Positions 25,619 to 38,979 are shown, numbered from the stretch's first letter. The stretch: 64,000 nt of DNA from Cetorhinus maximus (GCF_964194155.1 NC_135893.1:23560001-23624000), one strand, 5' to 3'. Made by a program: numbers and translations. The notes: generated from the letters alone by a model not told the origin.

Positions 25619-28600
25619 ATGCCTGACTCACTGCTGGTTCTTAGGATTAATATACTGCATGATGTGGTATACACACAACCAGGATGGTCATGGTTCTAAT
25701 CCAATTTCAATCAGCCAGGCAGTGGTGGCTCATACAAGTGGCTTCTGTGCCCCTGGGACAGGGAGGGGAAAATCTAGGCAGTTTTTTGTTCTACATGGTT
25801 ATTCAGTAACTATTAGGAACGGGCGTAGACTCAGTTTTAATCCTGCTGTTTTACCTTTTTGATTCCCATCTTTCCTCCCTACTCCAGTCAAATAATCTAC
25901 AGGTGCACATTGTTCTGCTCCCACATCACTTGGACAAGGTACTGTCTGTGGAATTGTACCCAAGTCTGAGTTAAATGCCTTCAGGTGTGGAAAGGTGGAG
26001 ACAGAAAATTTGAGGTAATCACTGGATTGGGGGATTTATATTTCTACAAAAAGGCAAAGGTATAAACTATTTATGTACCTAAAAGCATAGTTGAGTTAAT
26101 GGAGCAAGTAATTGTTTGTTTCCCAGTCAGAATTACAATCAGGCGACTAGTTTTTTTTAAAAATCAAGCTTTTTTTTTCTTGCAGTTATTGATTTCAAAG
26201 CCCTTGTGTCTAATGGTAAGCCAAAAAAAAACTAGTTTACAAATAGAGCAAACATGTAGTAGATTACAGCTGAAGGCTGGCGCTGGTATGAATTGTGCAA
26301 CATTCTGGTGTTTTGTGGGGTCTGTTGGACTTGAGCGTCATTGCCAAGGAGGCAACGTGTTTGCAAACGCATGGTATTGTGCGGACAGAATGAAATAAAG
26401 TAACAAAGTCAAAACTAGTCTTGTGAACAGGACTGTGGAAGAGTTGCCATGTTCAGTTTGTTTGGACTGGAGGAATCAAAATGGGCTTGAAGAACATTGT
26501 ACACTTTATCAGCAAAAGATAAATAATAACCATAGATACTGAATAAAATCAGGATGCAACTTGGCACAATTGTAGGGAGGGCAATGATTGAAGACCAGTT
26601 TCAGCTCAGTAATAGGTCAGTGTCAGTTGAGGATAGGATGCAGATTAAAAAGGCTGGGGTGGGTTGGGGAAATGGCCTGTCTAAGTAAAGCTAAGTGAGA
26701 CTTCTGAATATGCTGAGATATGAATCTTGTTACCTTTGTCTGCATGTTATGAAGTCTTTGTCAAAGTACAAAGTCCTGAACGAAAATCTTTAATGAAATA
26801 AATCTGCACAAAGATTGTGCTGCTGCATGAAATTCTTGACATTCTGATCTCACTAATCCAGAGACTACAGAATGATGGTGCTGCCTCCCCTCAATAGAGC
26901 TAATACATGGCCCCTGCCGTTTTACTCTTCCAGGCAGCTTTGCTGAGAGCAGGCTTTTATGTTTGGAATTGTCACAAACCTGATAGAATTGCCAACATGT
27001 AGTGCCATCCAGAATTTCAGGAATCTTTAGAGTGTATATAAAAATCAGTGACATGAGCAATATAAGGCAATATTGACAGTGATTGGACCATAGTTCTGTT
27101 ATTGGACCTGTTTGTATTCCTATTTGGCCAGTAAAGATTTTTTTGGCAGCCAGTGGATAAAGGATAAATATCGAGCAATAATGGTTTGAGACTAGTATAT
27201 TCACATTGATAAATGAGTAGGGGGTCAATTTTCAGAAGCTGGTCTCTAATGTAGACTATCATTTCACTACGCCTGTTCATTGCCACAGATATCATAAAAA
27301 AGCAAGCATGAAATTGTTGCAGAGTTGCAAAAATGGGCCAGTTACTTTTCAAGCCTTGTGAAAAGCTCCAGTTCCATTGTGAGATCAGTTGCTGGCTGGT
27401 GAATAGATGAGGGCAGCTGTATGCTCTATATTGTGTTCCAGGCCTTTGAGTTGTGGGGCTTTTTTTTAGAAAAAAAAATGTATCTTAATCAGGGCCACTT
27501 TCATGACTGAATAAGCTAAATTCTGTCTTTGGTTATGTCAGATTACTCAATTTTCGAACCAATTGTTTGGAGATCACACTTTGTGCATTTTTTTTTCATA
27601 AACAGTAAGCCAGTTACCTTCATATTAATTCCCATTGTGATTTGCTTTAATCACCAGCTTGATCTGGGCTCTCAAACAGCCGGATATTGGTGATGTACCA
27701 GCACTCCAAGAAACTTGACTTTACTCTGGAAGTAGTTGGTTCAGGAGTTTCTTTCATTCTAGGAAAAGGGCAAGTTCAGAAGTAAATTTAGCAAAATGGC
27801 AAAACGAATTGAAAATGGACATTAAAATTCATCCTTAAAGTTGACTTAAAGGTTATTTGTTTTGAGCCTAAAGACAACTTTTTCATCTGAATTGTGTGAA
27901 TCTGGTGTTGGAGCAGAAGATGGCTCTGCTTCAGTGGTTATAATGGAATGTGATACTTGTGGAATTTGTAATCTACTGGAAATACTTTGGGACCTTCAAT
28001 AATGTCATGAGGGACGCTAAATGTCCTTCTGCGATTGTCATTGACATTAGGCGCTTGAGCAATACAATGTTTGTAAATGACAGGTATGTAACTTAGTTGG
28101 AAGTTTCTTTTAAAGAACAGTAGAACTCCTTGGTCACATTGCAGCTTTTCACTTGTTTCCAAGTATCTTGTGAATTAAAAAAAACACATTGTCCTATTTC
28201 TAATGTATGGTAGAATGCAACTTGAAGGAATGAGTTACCCACATTTGCTGAGGAAAGTGTAGGTGGTTCCTAATTTAAATATAAAATGGCATTAATGTCC
28301 TTTTTCTACTACCCCTCCTCGATGTTAGCAATCACCTTGACCCCAATGAGAAGGTTGTCCCATACTGCCAGTTGACCTCTCGAGCTGAAGTATGAGGAGT
28401 TGTGCTTCAACAGTATCATTTGCCATGTCTTTTTAATTCTGCAAAGAATGTTGTAGACTGAAATTTGGACTTGTACAGAATTGGCTGTAAGTATTAACAT
28501 TGCTACTGGGCTACAACATAAAAAGTACAAGGCAAAATGGTTAATGAAAGAGTACCACATCTTCCCTTGACAGAAAAATGGCTTGACCGGATGACTGTTG

Positions 28601-31600
28601 AATGTAAAGAGAGGATTTGTAGACCTTTTCAAACATTCTGGTTGTCACTGTGGCAGCAGGTCATGTAGATAATAGCTTCTCCACACTTGATGTGTTTGAT
28701 GGGTTCAGTTAGTAAGCAATAGTAATAAAGGGTCATGATTTCCATTACACTGTAGTTTGTGTATCTTGCTACGTGGAGAAACCAGCCTAGTATCTGAGAC
28801 TTTGAATTGTTGGATTCTTGACGTGCTGGATTCCTAGTATAAATGTATTCAGTTTTATCTGAACTGTGACACATGCCACTTATATGTAACCTGTCAGAGC
28901 AAAGGTTAACTTGCCAGGAAGCCTCACATCAATCAAGTAAACATCCTGAGAACCATTTGAGGTGTTGTGTAGAATGCACTTTTATGCCTGAGTACTGAAC
29001 TGTACTATACTCCTGACTTGGCAGGTGAGGAGGGAACAAAGGGAATGGAGGTGGGGGGGGGAGACAGTAAAACAAAAAATGAAAACATTTACAAACTAGT
29101 CTGATACATAAATTTAGACCATTGAACAATTCTAGAGTTTTGCAGAGAGGCTTGAGTTATGATGTACAAAATAGCTCCTGTGCGCAGTTCCTTAGGGTTT
29201 ATACTATTGGCTTAGCGCAATCAATGTTTGGTCTTAATTTGAGAGTAAGTACGTGAACTAAATTTTTTAATGTTCTAAATCTGTCTCATTAAACATTGGT
29301 TTCCCTGATGTAATGCTGTGTGGTGGTTCTTTAAAGTTGTGTGTAGGCCAGCAAAAGGATGAAGGATGTATGTCAAGCCAGTAATGTTCACAAATAGCAT
29401 TTATGCTTATTGCTACGCTTGTATAATGAGGATTACGCTGGGAATATGCTGCTTTATTGCTATTGATGCAGTTTATTTTTCAAAACTTTAGCAAAATATC
29501 GCCCTTCTGTCAGCACTGATTTTCCCCCAATTCCCCTTTGAAGATTTCCAAGTCAGTCCAGCTGCTACTTCTGGGAACATGCCGCATCTTGGGGTTGCCC
29601 TGATTCAGAAGGAAGAGTTAGGAACCAGGCTTGGTTTACATGGATTTGTGGTTTGATTATTAAGTTTGCACCTTAGTTATAAATGCAGACAAAGTTTTTT
29701 GTTTATGTCTGCTGCAGCTTTCACCTGACCGATCGTATGTGGCATATATAGATTTTTACAAAAAAAAACTACTGTCCATTCATTAGGACTTAATTTTTGA
29801 GGGTTTTATTGTCTTGGTGACTACACATGGATGGTTATGCTACATACTTGCGGTTGCAAATCAGTGCTTTGAAAAGATGCTGTCATTGCACTTCATTGAG
29901 ACAGTTGCATATTGCAGGAGCTTGAGGAACTTCACTTGGATCCGGAGACTTATTGAACCCCTCAACTTATTTCATTTATAAACTGTGCAGTATAGTTTGG
30001 GGCTTCTTAAAGGGCATAATTCCTCTGGAAAAAAAATGTTTGACACATTGGTTTATTTGGGTATATGATGCAATGACATTTTATCCATCAGTGACCTTGT
30101 TCCAACAAAAATTGGATGTCTCATTAAATCTTGGGAAATGACAATTGGTCAGTTGGCATCTGAAAGAGAGGGATCTGCAAATGTTTTAAGTGGGGCGCTT
30201 GATCAGGATGACTATTCTGTCCCCAAACAAAAGCAGTTTCTTGGAGTACTTTATAAAGAAACTGCCCTATTACGCTTGCAGAATTACTCTGAAATTGTCC
30301 ATCAGGTTCTTGCATGCTGTTGCACTCAAGTCAATGGAAGTGGTACGCACCTGTGTGCCATATGGTTAGTGATGTAAACAATTGCTAGACACCAGTCACA
30401 TGATCTAAAGTAAATTCATGCTTAATTGTGTTGACTAGCAGGTTATTGTCGGGTAAGATGTCTATCACTGTATTTTGTCTTTATTTACTGGCAATGTACA
30501 CAATGTAACGTTTGTGGGATTCAGTGTTAACAGCTGCTGTTTGGTTGAATTTATTATGGTCCTTCCTATTTGCATGAAGGCTGGGAAAGATGTGCAAATA
30601 TTGTTTTTAATTGCCTGTTTAACATCTTTATCAACAAATAGATGCTTTGGCTATTGTCCTTTTTAATTTTATATTTTATCCTGCAAGATCATCTGGACCC
30701 CTTGAAGCAGCATTTTCTTACAACGTTCAGGAAAGTTCTGGTCTGTGAGTGCTGGACATAATCTGTACAACTTCTGTTTATAACTGACTGGCAAAGTTAA
30801 CTATATTTTGAGTAAAATTTTCTAAGATTAGCCTCAACAGTTTGGCCTTATTTTTGGTGTGTTTTACTCTCTTATTTGAGGAAGGTTCCTTAAAGTAAAC
30901 AAGGCTGTTCTCCAATTCCAGTCTATTTTTCTAATATAGGTAGAACAACATGAGAGATCTCAAAAGAAACCCAAGACTGAAAGATATTTAACTTGCTAGG
31001 CTCTTTCTGCCATATTTCAGTCATTCAGAGTAACTCACAATCATCTAATTTCTTTCTTTGGTTTAAAGCCTCTATTTCTCTGCTCTCTGACTCCAGTGTA
31101 GATTCAATTCTTGCCAGATCTGATGCACCTGAAAAGGAAAAAAAGTGAACTCTGAACACTTTCTGTTGAAGAGTCTGTACCTTTAAATGTTGTCTTTTCA
31201 GATGCTGAAGGACCCGCTGTATATTTTGGGAATTCTTTATTTGATTTCCAGCATTTGCACTTCAATGTGCATTACTGTGCCTGAATTCATTGAAGAATAC
31301 TTAGGATGTAGACTAAGTATTATTCTAAGAGGGAGAAAGGGAATGCATTGAAAGTGAGAGGCATCTGTGAGCAATTGGAGGAAAATGCAAGACTGCAAAA
31401 CATGGAGAAATGAGCAAAGGACCAGCCACTACTACAAGGAAGATCACTACCACTGAGCATTGTTAATGTGCCAATGTGATTGGCTGTATTGCTTAAATGC
31501 ATTTGGCAGGGTAGAAAGGTATGTGCAACTCTTCATCATATCTTCTGTCACTTCCATACATCAGCATTTTGAGCCTGTTTTTCTGATCTTCCGAACTTAT

Positions 31601-33149
31601 TGAGTTCAAATCTCCCCATTCCTTTTGAGTTATATCTATTCCCAAATGTCAATAAGGTGACAATTCTCATTTATGTAGCACTTTTAATGAAGTAAAAAGT
31701 CCCAAATACTTCATAGCAATTTTCAAACAAAATTTGACACCGAGCCACTGAGATATTAGGACAGAGGTGAATATTTTTAAGGAGTGTCTTAAAGGAGGGA
31801 TAAGTGGAGATATTCAAGAAGGAATTTCTAGAGCATTAGGGCTTAAGCAATCCGTTTAGTGTGGGATAATGTACAATGTATACAATATAGTAGCATCTAT
31901 TTAGTTAGCATTGGTATAAAGCTGCAACACTTAAGAGTATTGAGATGATTAAACTGACATTCCAATATTGGATAGATTAGCTCAGCGGCTTTACTAAGGA
32001 AAGTGTAGGATGAAAATTGGTTCACTTTCTCTAAATGGATGATGATTCATTTCAGGACAATTCATATTACAATTTATCTAGTTTTGATCTTTGTCCATTT
32101 GAGCAGCTATGCATATGAGTATTCCTAACTATTCACTGCATAAAAATGTGAATCATAAATGAGAACCAACGCTAAGCATTGAGGAATAACTTGCATTTAT
32201 ATAGTACCTTTAATAAAGAAGTAGTCACAGCAGGGTAATGGGACAAAATTGACAAGAAGCCACGGGAGGAAATAGACGGTGATTAAAAATTTGGTGAAAA
32301 GGCTGCTTTACGAAGGAAAGAGTGGCAGAGGGGAGAAATTCAAAAGCTGAGGGACAGCTGCTAACAGAAGGAATGGGGGATGGATATTAGAGGGCTTAGT
32401 GTTTGCAGTTCTCTCCCCCAGCGAGCAGTGGAATCTGAGCCATTGAATATATTCAAGGCTGTTGTTTTGATTGACAAGGAAGTTGGGGGTTATGGGGCAG
32501 GCAGGAAAAGGGTGTTAAAGCCACATAAGATCAACCATCGTCTTAAACCTGCTCTGCCAGTCAATGGGCCAAATGGCCTATTCCTATTCCTGTTTCTTAT
32601 CTTCTTATGGACAAGAGACCCAAGTTGGAGGAATGCAGAGTAATCACACATTAATGAATGTTAAATGTTATGGAGGAAGTGTGTTTTTTTCATAAGTGCC
32701 AAGATTGTTTTCCTGAAAGTATTTGCTCCTATTCTAATACCTTGTCAACTAGCTATTCTATATGCCTGAACCTAAACATAAGTGCCTGCTCGAGACCCTA
32801 ATTCTATCTCAACTCGCCACTAATGTAGGGATCACTGGAAGACTGGTTGTTGCCAATTATGCCACCACTGCTGGTATGATTTGAGATTCATTAACTCAGC
32901 ACAACTGGAACTGAACTTGGACCTTTCTTGTTCATACCACATGATGACATATTGACATCCACCTTTTGTGGGTGTTCTTCAATGCATTTTCAATTCCTCA
33001 GCAATTGTAAACACTTTACCGCTTTGGCAATTTTCTGCCCTGCAAAGTAGAGTGAGACTACATGCATTTTCAGTGGTAGTGCAGCATTTCATTATTATAG
33101 TACTGATCAGTTCTGAACATTGCCAGTCCTTATTGTTTGTGTTACTGTG

Positions 33150-33705
33150 GCCCACTCCAGGACTTCAACAGAAAAATCTAGGCTGTCACCCCAGTGCAGT
33201 ACTGTGGGAGCGCTGCACTGTTGAAAATTCTTTTCGAGTTATCAACAGTCACAGATTGCAACTCTTTCGAGTACAATCACAGTTCTTGGTTTCCGGGAGT
33301 GGGACATGATCCCACAACCCTCTGATTCAAAGGCAAGGGTGCTATGAACTGAGCCACAGCTGACACCTCCCTGCACTGTTGAAACTCTTTCGAGTTACCA
33401 ACAGTCACAGATTGCAACTTCTTTCGAGTACAATCACAGTTCTTGGTTTTTCCAGGAGTGGGACGTGAACCCACAACCCTCTGATTCAAAGGCGAGGGTG
33501 CTATGAACTGAGCCACAACTGACACCTCCCTGCACTGTTGAAGGTGCCATCTTTTGGATGAGATGTTAAGTGACCATTAGAGATCCCATGCCACTATTTT
33601 GCATTTCCTGCAGAAAATGATTACACCTCAAAAACAGAAGTACTTCATGTCCATAAAGGGCTTTGGCGTCAGGTGGTCACGAAAGGTGCTATATAAATGC
33701 TTGTC
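33150..33705 (+). mobile_element. Deu-like SINE interrupted by two tandem 158/159-bp units
   Basis: CTGCACTGTTGAA occurs at 33213, 33371 and 33530; each intervening unit holds an antisense tRNA-like SINE head. Confidence 0.8.
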
Positions 33706-34186
33706 GTTATCATGTATATTTCATGCTTGATAATTGTAATTTGAAGGGCTTCAGTGTCATTGGACAGTACTTGGGCATAAATGAGTGCGTTTGGGTACGT
33801 ATCCACTTCCTGTTCAAATACAACCACAGCATTTTGAATTTTAATTTCCTTCATTTTGCAGGGAAAGCGGCTTTGTTTTTACTCTCAAATCCGCCTCCTT
33901 ATGATTGAACTTGGTGAAGGAAGTTCTGTATCATTGCTCTGTGGGTCTTATTTTAAGCTGATGGTCGAATTAAACATTTATCCACATCTTATTTATTGAG
34001 TTTATCTTGCTCCTGCTGAAATAGGTCTACTACACCTTGACTGAAGCAAAAATGTATTATAATACATGAGACTGCTTATTTCTGCGCTTTCAGCATGTGA
34101 AAAATACGCACAAAATATTACTTTGTATATGAAAGCAAGATACTGGCCAGCTGAAGTCGTACGAGCTCAACGTTAACTCCCTGTTC

Positions 34187-36480
34187 AAAAACAAAAATAC
34201 CTGGAAAAACTCAGCAGGTCTGGCAGCATCTGTGGAGAGGAGCACAGTTAACGTTTCGAGTCCGTATGACACTTCAACGGAACTAAGGAAAAATAGAAAA
34301 GAGGTGAAATATAAGCTGGTTTAAGGCGGGGGGGCAGGGGGACAAGAAGAGCTGGATAGAGGGCCAGTGATAGGTGGAGATAACCAAAAGATGTCACAGA
34401 CAAAAGGACAAAGAGGTGTTGAAGGTGGTGGTATTATCTAAAGGAATGTGCTAATTAAGGGTAGAAAGCAGGACGAGCAAGGTACAGATAGCCCTAGTGG
34501 GGGTAGGGTGGGGTGAAGGAATCAAAAAAGGCTAAAAGGTAGAGATAAAAGAATGGATGGAAATACATTTAAAAATAATGGAAATAGGTGGGAAAAGAAA
34601 AATCTATATAAATTATTGGAAAAAACAAAAAGGAGGGGGAAAATCGGAAAGGGGGTGGGGATGGAGGAGAGAGTTCATGATCTAAAATTTTTGAACTGAA
34701 TATTCAGTCTGGAAGGCTGTAAAGTGCCTAGTCAGAAGATGAGATGCTGTTCCTCCAGTTTGCGTTGAGCTTCACTGGAACAATGCAGCAAACCAAGGAC
34801 GGACATGTGGGCATGAGAGCAGGGTGGAGTGTTGAAATGGCAAGCGACAGGGAGGTCTGGGTAATGCTTGCGGACAGACCGAAGGTGTTCTGCAAAGCGG
34901 TCACCCAGTCTGCGTTTGATCTCTCCAATGTAGAGGAAACTGCATTGGGAGCAACGAATGCAGTAGACTAAGTTGAGGGAAGTGCAAGTGAAATGCTGCT
35001 TCACTTGAAAGGAGTGTTTGGGCCCTTGGACGGTGAGGAGAGGGGAAGTAAAGGGGCAGGTGTTGCACTTTCTACGGTTGCATGGGAAGGTGCCGTGGGA
35101 GGGGGTTGAGGTGTAGGGGGTGATGGAGGAGTGGACCAGTGTGTCCCAGAGGGAACGATCCCTGCGGAATGCCGCCGGGGGGGGGTGAAGGGAAGATGTG
35201 TTTGGTGGTGGCATCGTGCTGGAGTTGGCGGAAATGGTGGAGGATGATCCTTTGAATGCGGAGGCTGGTGGGGTGATAAGTGAGAACAAGAGGGACCCTA
35301 TCATGTTTCTGGGAGGGAGAAGAAGGTGTGAGGGCGGATGCGCGAGAGATGGGCCAGACACGGTTGAGGGCCCTGTCAACCACTGGGTGGAAAACCTCGG
35401 TTAAGGAAGAAGGAGGACATGTCAGAGGAACTGTTTTTGAAAGTGGCATCATCAGAACAGATGCGACGGAGGCGAAGGAACTGAGAGAATGGGATGGAGT
35501 CCTTACAGGAAGCGGGGTGTGAGGAGCTGTAGTCAAGGTAGCTGTGGGAGTCGGTAGGCTTGTAATGGATATCGGTGGACAGTCTATCATCAGAAATTGA
35601 GACAGCGAGGTCAAGGAAGGGAAGGGAAGTGTCAGAGGTGGACCATGTGAAAATGATGGAGGGATGGAAATTGGAAGCAAAATTAATAAATATTCCCAGG
35701 TCCAGACGAGAGCATGAAGCAGCACCGAAGTAATCTTCGATGTACCGGAGAAAGAGTTGTGGGAGGGGGCCGGAGTAAGACTGGAACAAGGAATGTTCCA
35801 CATACCCCATAAAGAGACAGGCATAGCTGGGGCCCGTGCGGGTACCCATAGTCACACCTTTTATTTGGAGGAAGTGAGAGGAGCTCAAGGAGAAATTGTT
35901 CAGTGTGAGAACAAGTTCAGCCAGACGGAGGAGAGTAGTGGTGGATGGGGATTGTTCGGGCCTCTGTTCAAGGAAGAAGCGGAGAGCTATCAGACTATCC
36001 CGGTGGTGGGGTGGAAGTGTAGAGGGATTGGACATCCATGGTGAAGAGGAGGCGGTTGGGGCCAGGGAACTGGAAATTGTTGATATGATGTAGGGGGCCA
36101 GAGGAATCACAGGTGTAGGTGGAAAGGGACTGGACAAGGGGTGAGAGAATGGAGTCAAGATAGCAAGAAATGAGTTCCGTGGGGCAGGAACAGGCTGACA
36201 CGATCGGACTGCTGGGACAGTTCTGTTTGTGGATTTTGGGTAGGAGGTAGAAGCGGGCTGTCCGAGGTTGGGCGACTATCAGGTTGGAAGCTGTGGAAGG
36301 AAAATCTCCAGAGGAGATGAGGTCAGTAACAGTCCTGGAAACAATGGCTTGATGTTCAGTGGTGGGGTCGTGGTCCAGGGAGAGGTAGGAGAAGGTGTCT
36401 GCGAGTTGACGCTCAGCCTCTGCCTCTCCCTGTTTCTCTCTCCAGACCTGCTGAGTTTTTCCAGCATTTCCTGTTTTTAT
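34187..36480 (-). mobile_element. 5'-truncated Penelope-like retroelement (RT plus GIY-YIG endonuclease; Neptune-type), frameshifted
   Basis: RT motifs FYLLPKIHK, MDVQSLYT, KGVTMGT and RYIEDYF; thumb DIHYKPTDSHSYLDYSSSHP; Cys linker CNRRKCNTC; endonuclease NLVYCIRC...LYIGEIKRRLGDRFAEH. pLTR sequence at both ends. Confidence 0.93.
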
Positions 36481-36662
36481 TACTTTTTTTATACGTTCTC
36501 CGGGGTTGTGTTTTGGCAAATCCATGAAACTTCTTCGTGAAGTCCCGGTTGGGAACCTCTGGACACATGATGGCGACAGACATTATCTAGGTATAAAGAA
36601 TGAATTAAAGCTGTAGTCTTCGCCACCTTCTATTCCAGCTAGTGCCGCGCGAAACTGAGAGT

Positions 36663-36878
36663 CTCCTCCAACATCCCGTGATGCCGCGGGAGCCAATACC
36701 GGCAGGGCGTCCTCCAGAATCCCGTGATGCAGCAGACGTCTGTGTTGGCGGCGGCGCCTCCTCCAATATCCCGCGATGCAGCAGACGCCTGCGTTGGCGA
36801 TGCCTCCTCCAATGTCCCGTGATGCAGCAGACGCCTGTGTTGGCGGCACCTCCTCCAATATCCCGTGATGCCCTGCGA
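36663..36878 (+). repeat. Promoter minisatellite, ~46-49 bp unit, about 4.5 copies
   Basis: Recurring CCTCCTCCAATATCCCGTGATGCAGCAGACGCCTGTGTTGGCGGCR; the core TCCCGTGATGC (once TCCCGCGATGC) occurs five times. Confidence 0.9.
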
Positions 36879-36935
36879 TTGTTGGGTGCGTCGGCATTGG
36901 GTCCTCCTGTAGTCGGTGGTGCGGTGGGCAGTAAG

Positions 36936-37027
36936 ATGGCGGAAAGTGATTACGAGTCGGTGCTCTGTGTGAAGCCGGAGGTTCACGTTTACAGGATCCC
37001 GCCGAGAGCGACGAACCGGGGCTACAG
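36936..37027 (+). CDS. necap2: NECAP2 exon 1
   Basis: [30 protein letters not shown](R); the [12 protein letters not shown] segment is NECAP2-like; donor AG|GTACGG. Confidence 0.95.
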
Positions 37028-37429
37028 GTACGGTCCGCGGAGCCTTCGGGAGGAACGACGTGACATCTCGCATTAATGATGAGCCACGGTCGAAGTGATA
37101 GTGGAAGTTCCCGTTTCTAATGAAGGAAGTGGGTCCGAGTAAGAGTTTGACTGAGCTGAGGAGAGAGATAGCAGAATAACGTCAAGATCTGGGAAAAAAA
37201 TAGATCAGCAAGAGATGGAAAACGGGAAACAGTTATAGAGGACAGTGGCATGATCCCCATGGGAGTGAATGTGTACAATCCCAAATTGGGGGGCGGGGGG
37301 GGGGGTGGAGACTGATCTGCCCTGGAATTTGGATCATCAACAATGGAAAAAATATAATCACTTTGAATATTGCTGCCTTAATCACATATTGGGTGGTTAA
37401 GTGATCAACGTTGCTAATTCCATAGCTGA

Positions 37430-37620
37430 TAACGTCGCCGTCAGGCTGTCCCTCAACTCGAGGACGATGTGTATTCGGGGGTCTCCATGTGGCTCAACAG
37501 GCCGATTCTCGATCCGCAGATATTTAGATACTTGAGGCAGGATCTCCCACGAGATGGTGCATTCCGTGCGGCAGGATTTGCTTCCTTCTCTGTCATTGCT
37601 CTGCCTCATCTTTATCCATA
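37430..37620 (-). mobile_element. RTE-clade LINE 3' end fragment
   Basis: GGCTGTCCCTCAACTCGAGGACGA...GTGGCTCAACAGGCCGATT resembles the RTE tail at ~42.5 kb. Confidence 0.45.
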
Positions 37621-38979
37621 GCTGATAAATAGTGTCTCCCTTTTGAGAAAATATCCACAGTACCATAAAATTGCTAAATAAGATATGGCTATTAATGGTG
37701 TTCAGATCCTCCTGTTGTTTTGGCCTTTGCTAAACGAACATTACTAAGATTCTGACCATTAGTTGGAAATAATCTAATGATCACTAAGAACAGCAAATTC
37801 AGAATCATGACCAGCCAAAGAATAAGGACCCTGGGAGTAAACCAAAATATGATATACAGTCGCAGGTCATTTGGGTTAATCTGTTGTATTTGGAATGATC
37901 TGGACAGCTAGCTGCTTCAACTTAAAGCTCTGATTTTGCGCCCCTTGCTTATTCAAGGTTCAAGTCTGAAACTCTGTTAAAAGTGGTTTTGCTGCAGAAA
38001 CCTGAACTATTTGTGTTGAACTTATTGCCGCAGGAGTGGAATTGAATAGTTAGTTTTGTGTCACATTGAAGGTCAAAGCTGAGGTGATGGAATTGTATAT
38101 AGGGTAAATAATGTGTAGACAGTTTTGAGAAGCTGATAGAAGGGAACATGTATTGATGAGTTCTTGCGTTTATGTTCTGTCTGCTTGTTAAAATTGCCTG
38201 CATTTCCCAATTGCATCTAAAAATACTGACCTATTTTTCCAGTGCTTATAAATTTGATGGAAATTCACATCTCAACAGCTTATATAAATACATTCAAGAA
38301 CAAAATGAAATTAATGGAAGCACACAAAAACCGATGTAAATCTAGACTGTCAAATTTCTGGCGAGAAGCTACCTCTAGTTACCGGCAATAATCATTGGCT
38401 GTTTAACCCCTACATTTTCCAGTAAAATCAGTGACTGACATGGACTCCTTCTTTGCCATAAATGAAATATCGTGTTATTTAAAAGGAGAAAAAATGGTCA
38501 CCAAGGCACTAGAAACAGGTGTGGTAGAAATTGAGGTAACCGTGCTGCAAAAGGAGATGGGACTGGTTGGTTTAGGGGAAGCTTAGACAGCAGCATAAAA
38601 GGAACGATAGATGGAGGTGGCTGTTGCTAGGTTAGTAGGCCAGTGCAGATCATACTGGGCTGGAGGAGTGCTTGTGCCCTAAAGCGTGATGATAGAATGT
38701 ACCTTTTCTTGTTTAAAAAAACAATTAATGAACCCAGAAACTGACCTTGATCCTGTTATTGAATGTAGTGCTCGGAGGAAATGTTTCACATTGCCAGACA
38801 GGATGCTGTTACTATAGAATCTGGATTTTGAACTTTGTGCAAGGTCCCACTGGCGCCGGGTACAGAAAGTGTGGCTAACTGTTCAATAGTCACTCATGAC
38901 ATAGGGTGTGTAACAGGAAACAGCTCAGCATAAGTGCAAGATCTGGGTCTGGATTCAGACTGTATGCATTAACAACTGT

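Larger units (their letters stand above)
36500..37100 (+). promoter_or_regulatory. NECAP2 CpG-island promoter
   Basis: CpG-rich; YY1-type AAGATGGCGG overlaps the start codon; reverse GACTACA motifs near 36613 and 36908; tandem ZNF143-like motifs. Confidence 0.8.

Noticed and set aside
26761-27228. 155-aa minus-strand ORF in the intergenic block
   Set aside because: Non-ATG start, no recognisable domain and no convincing splice context.
35072-35824. 250-aa minus-strand ORF and overlapping plus-strand ORFs
   Set aside because: Alternative frames of the Penelope element; only the tail after the ~35380 frameshift is true PLE protein.
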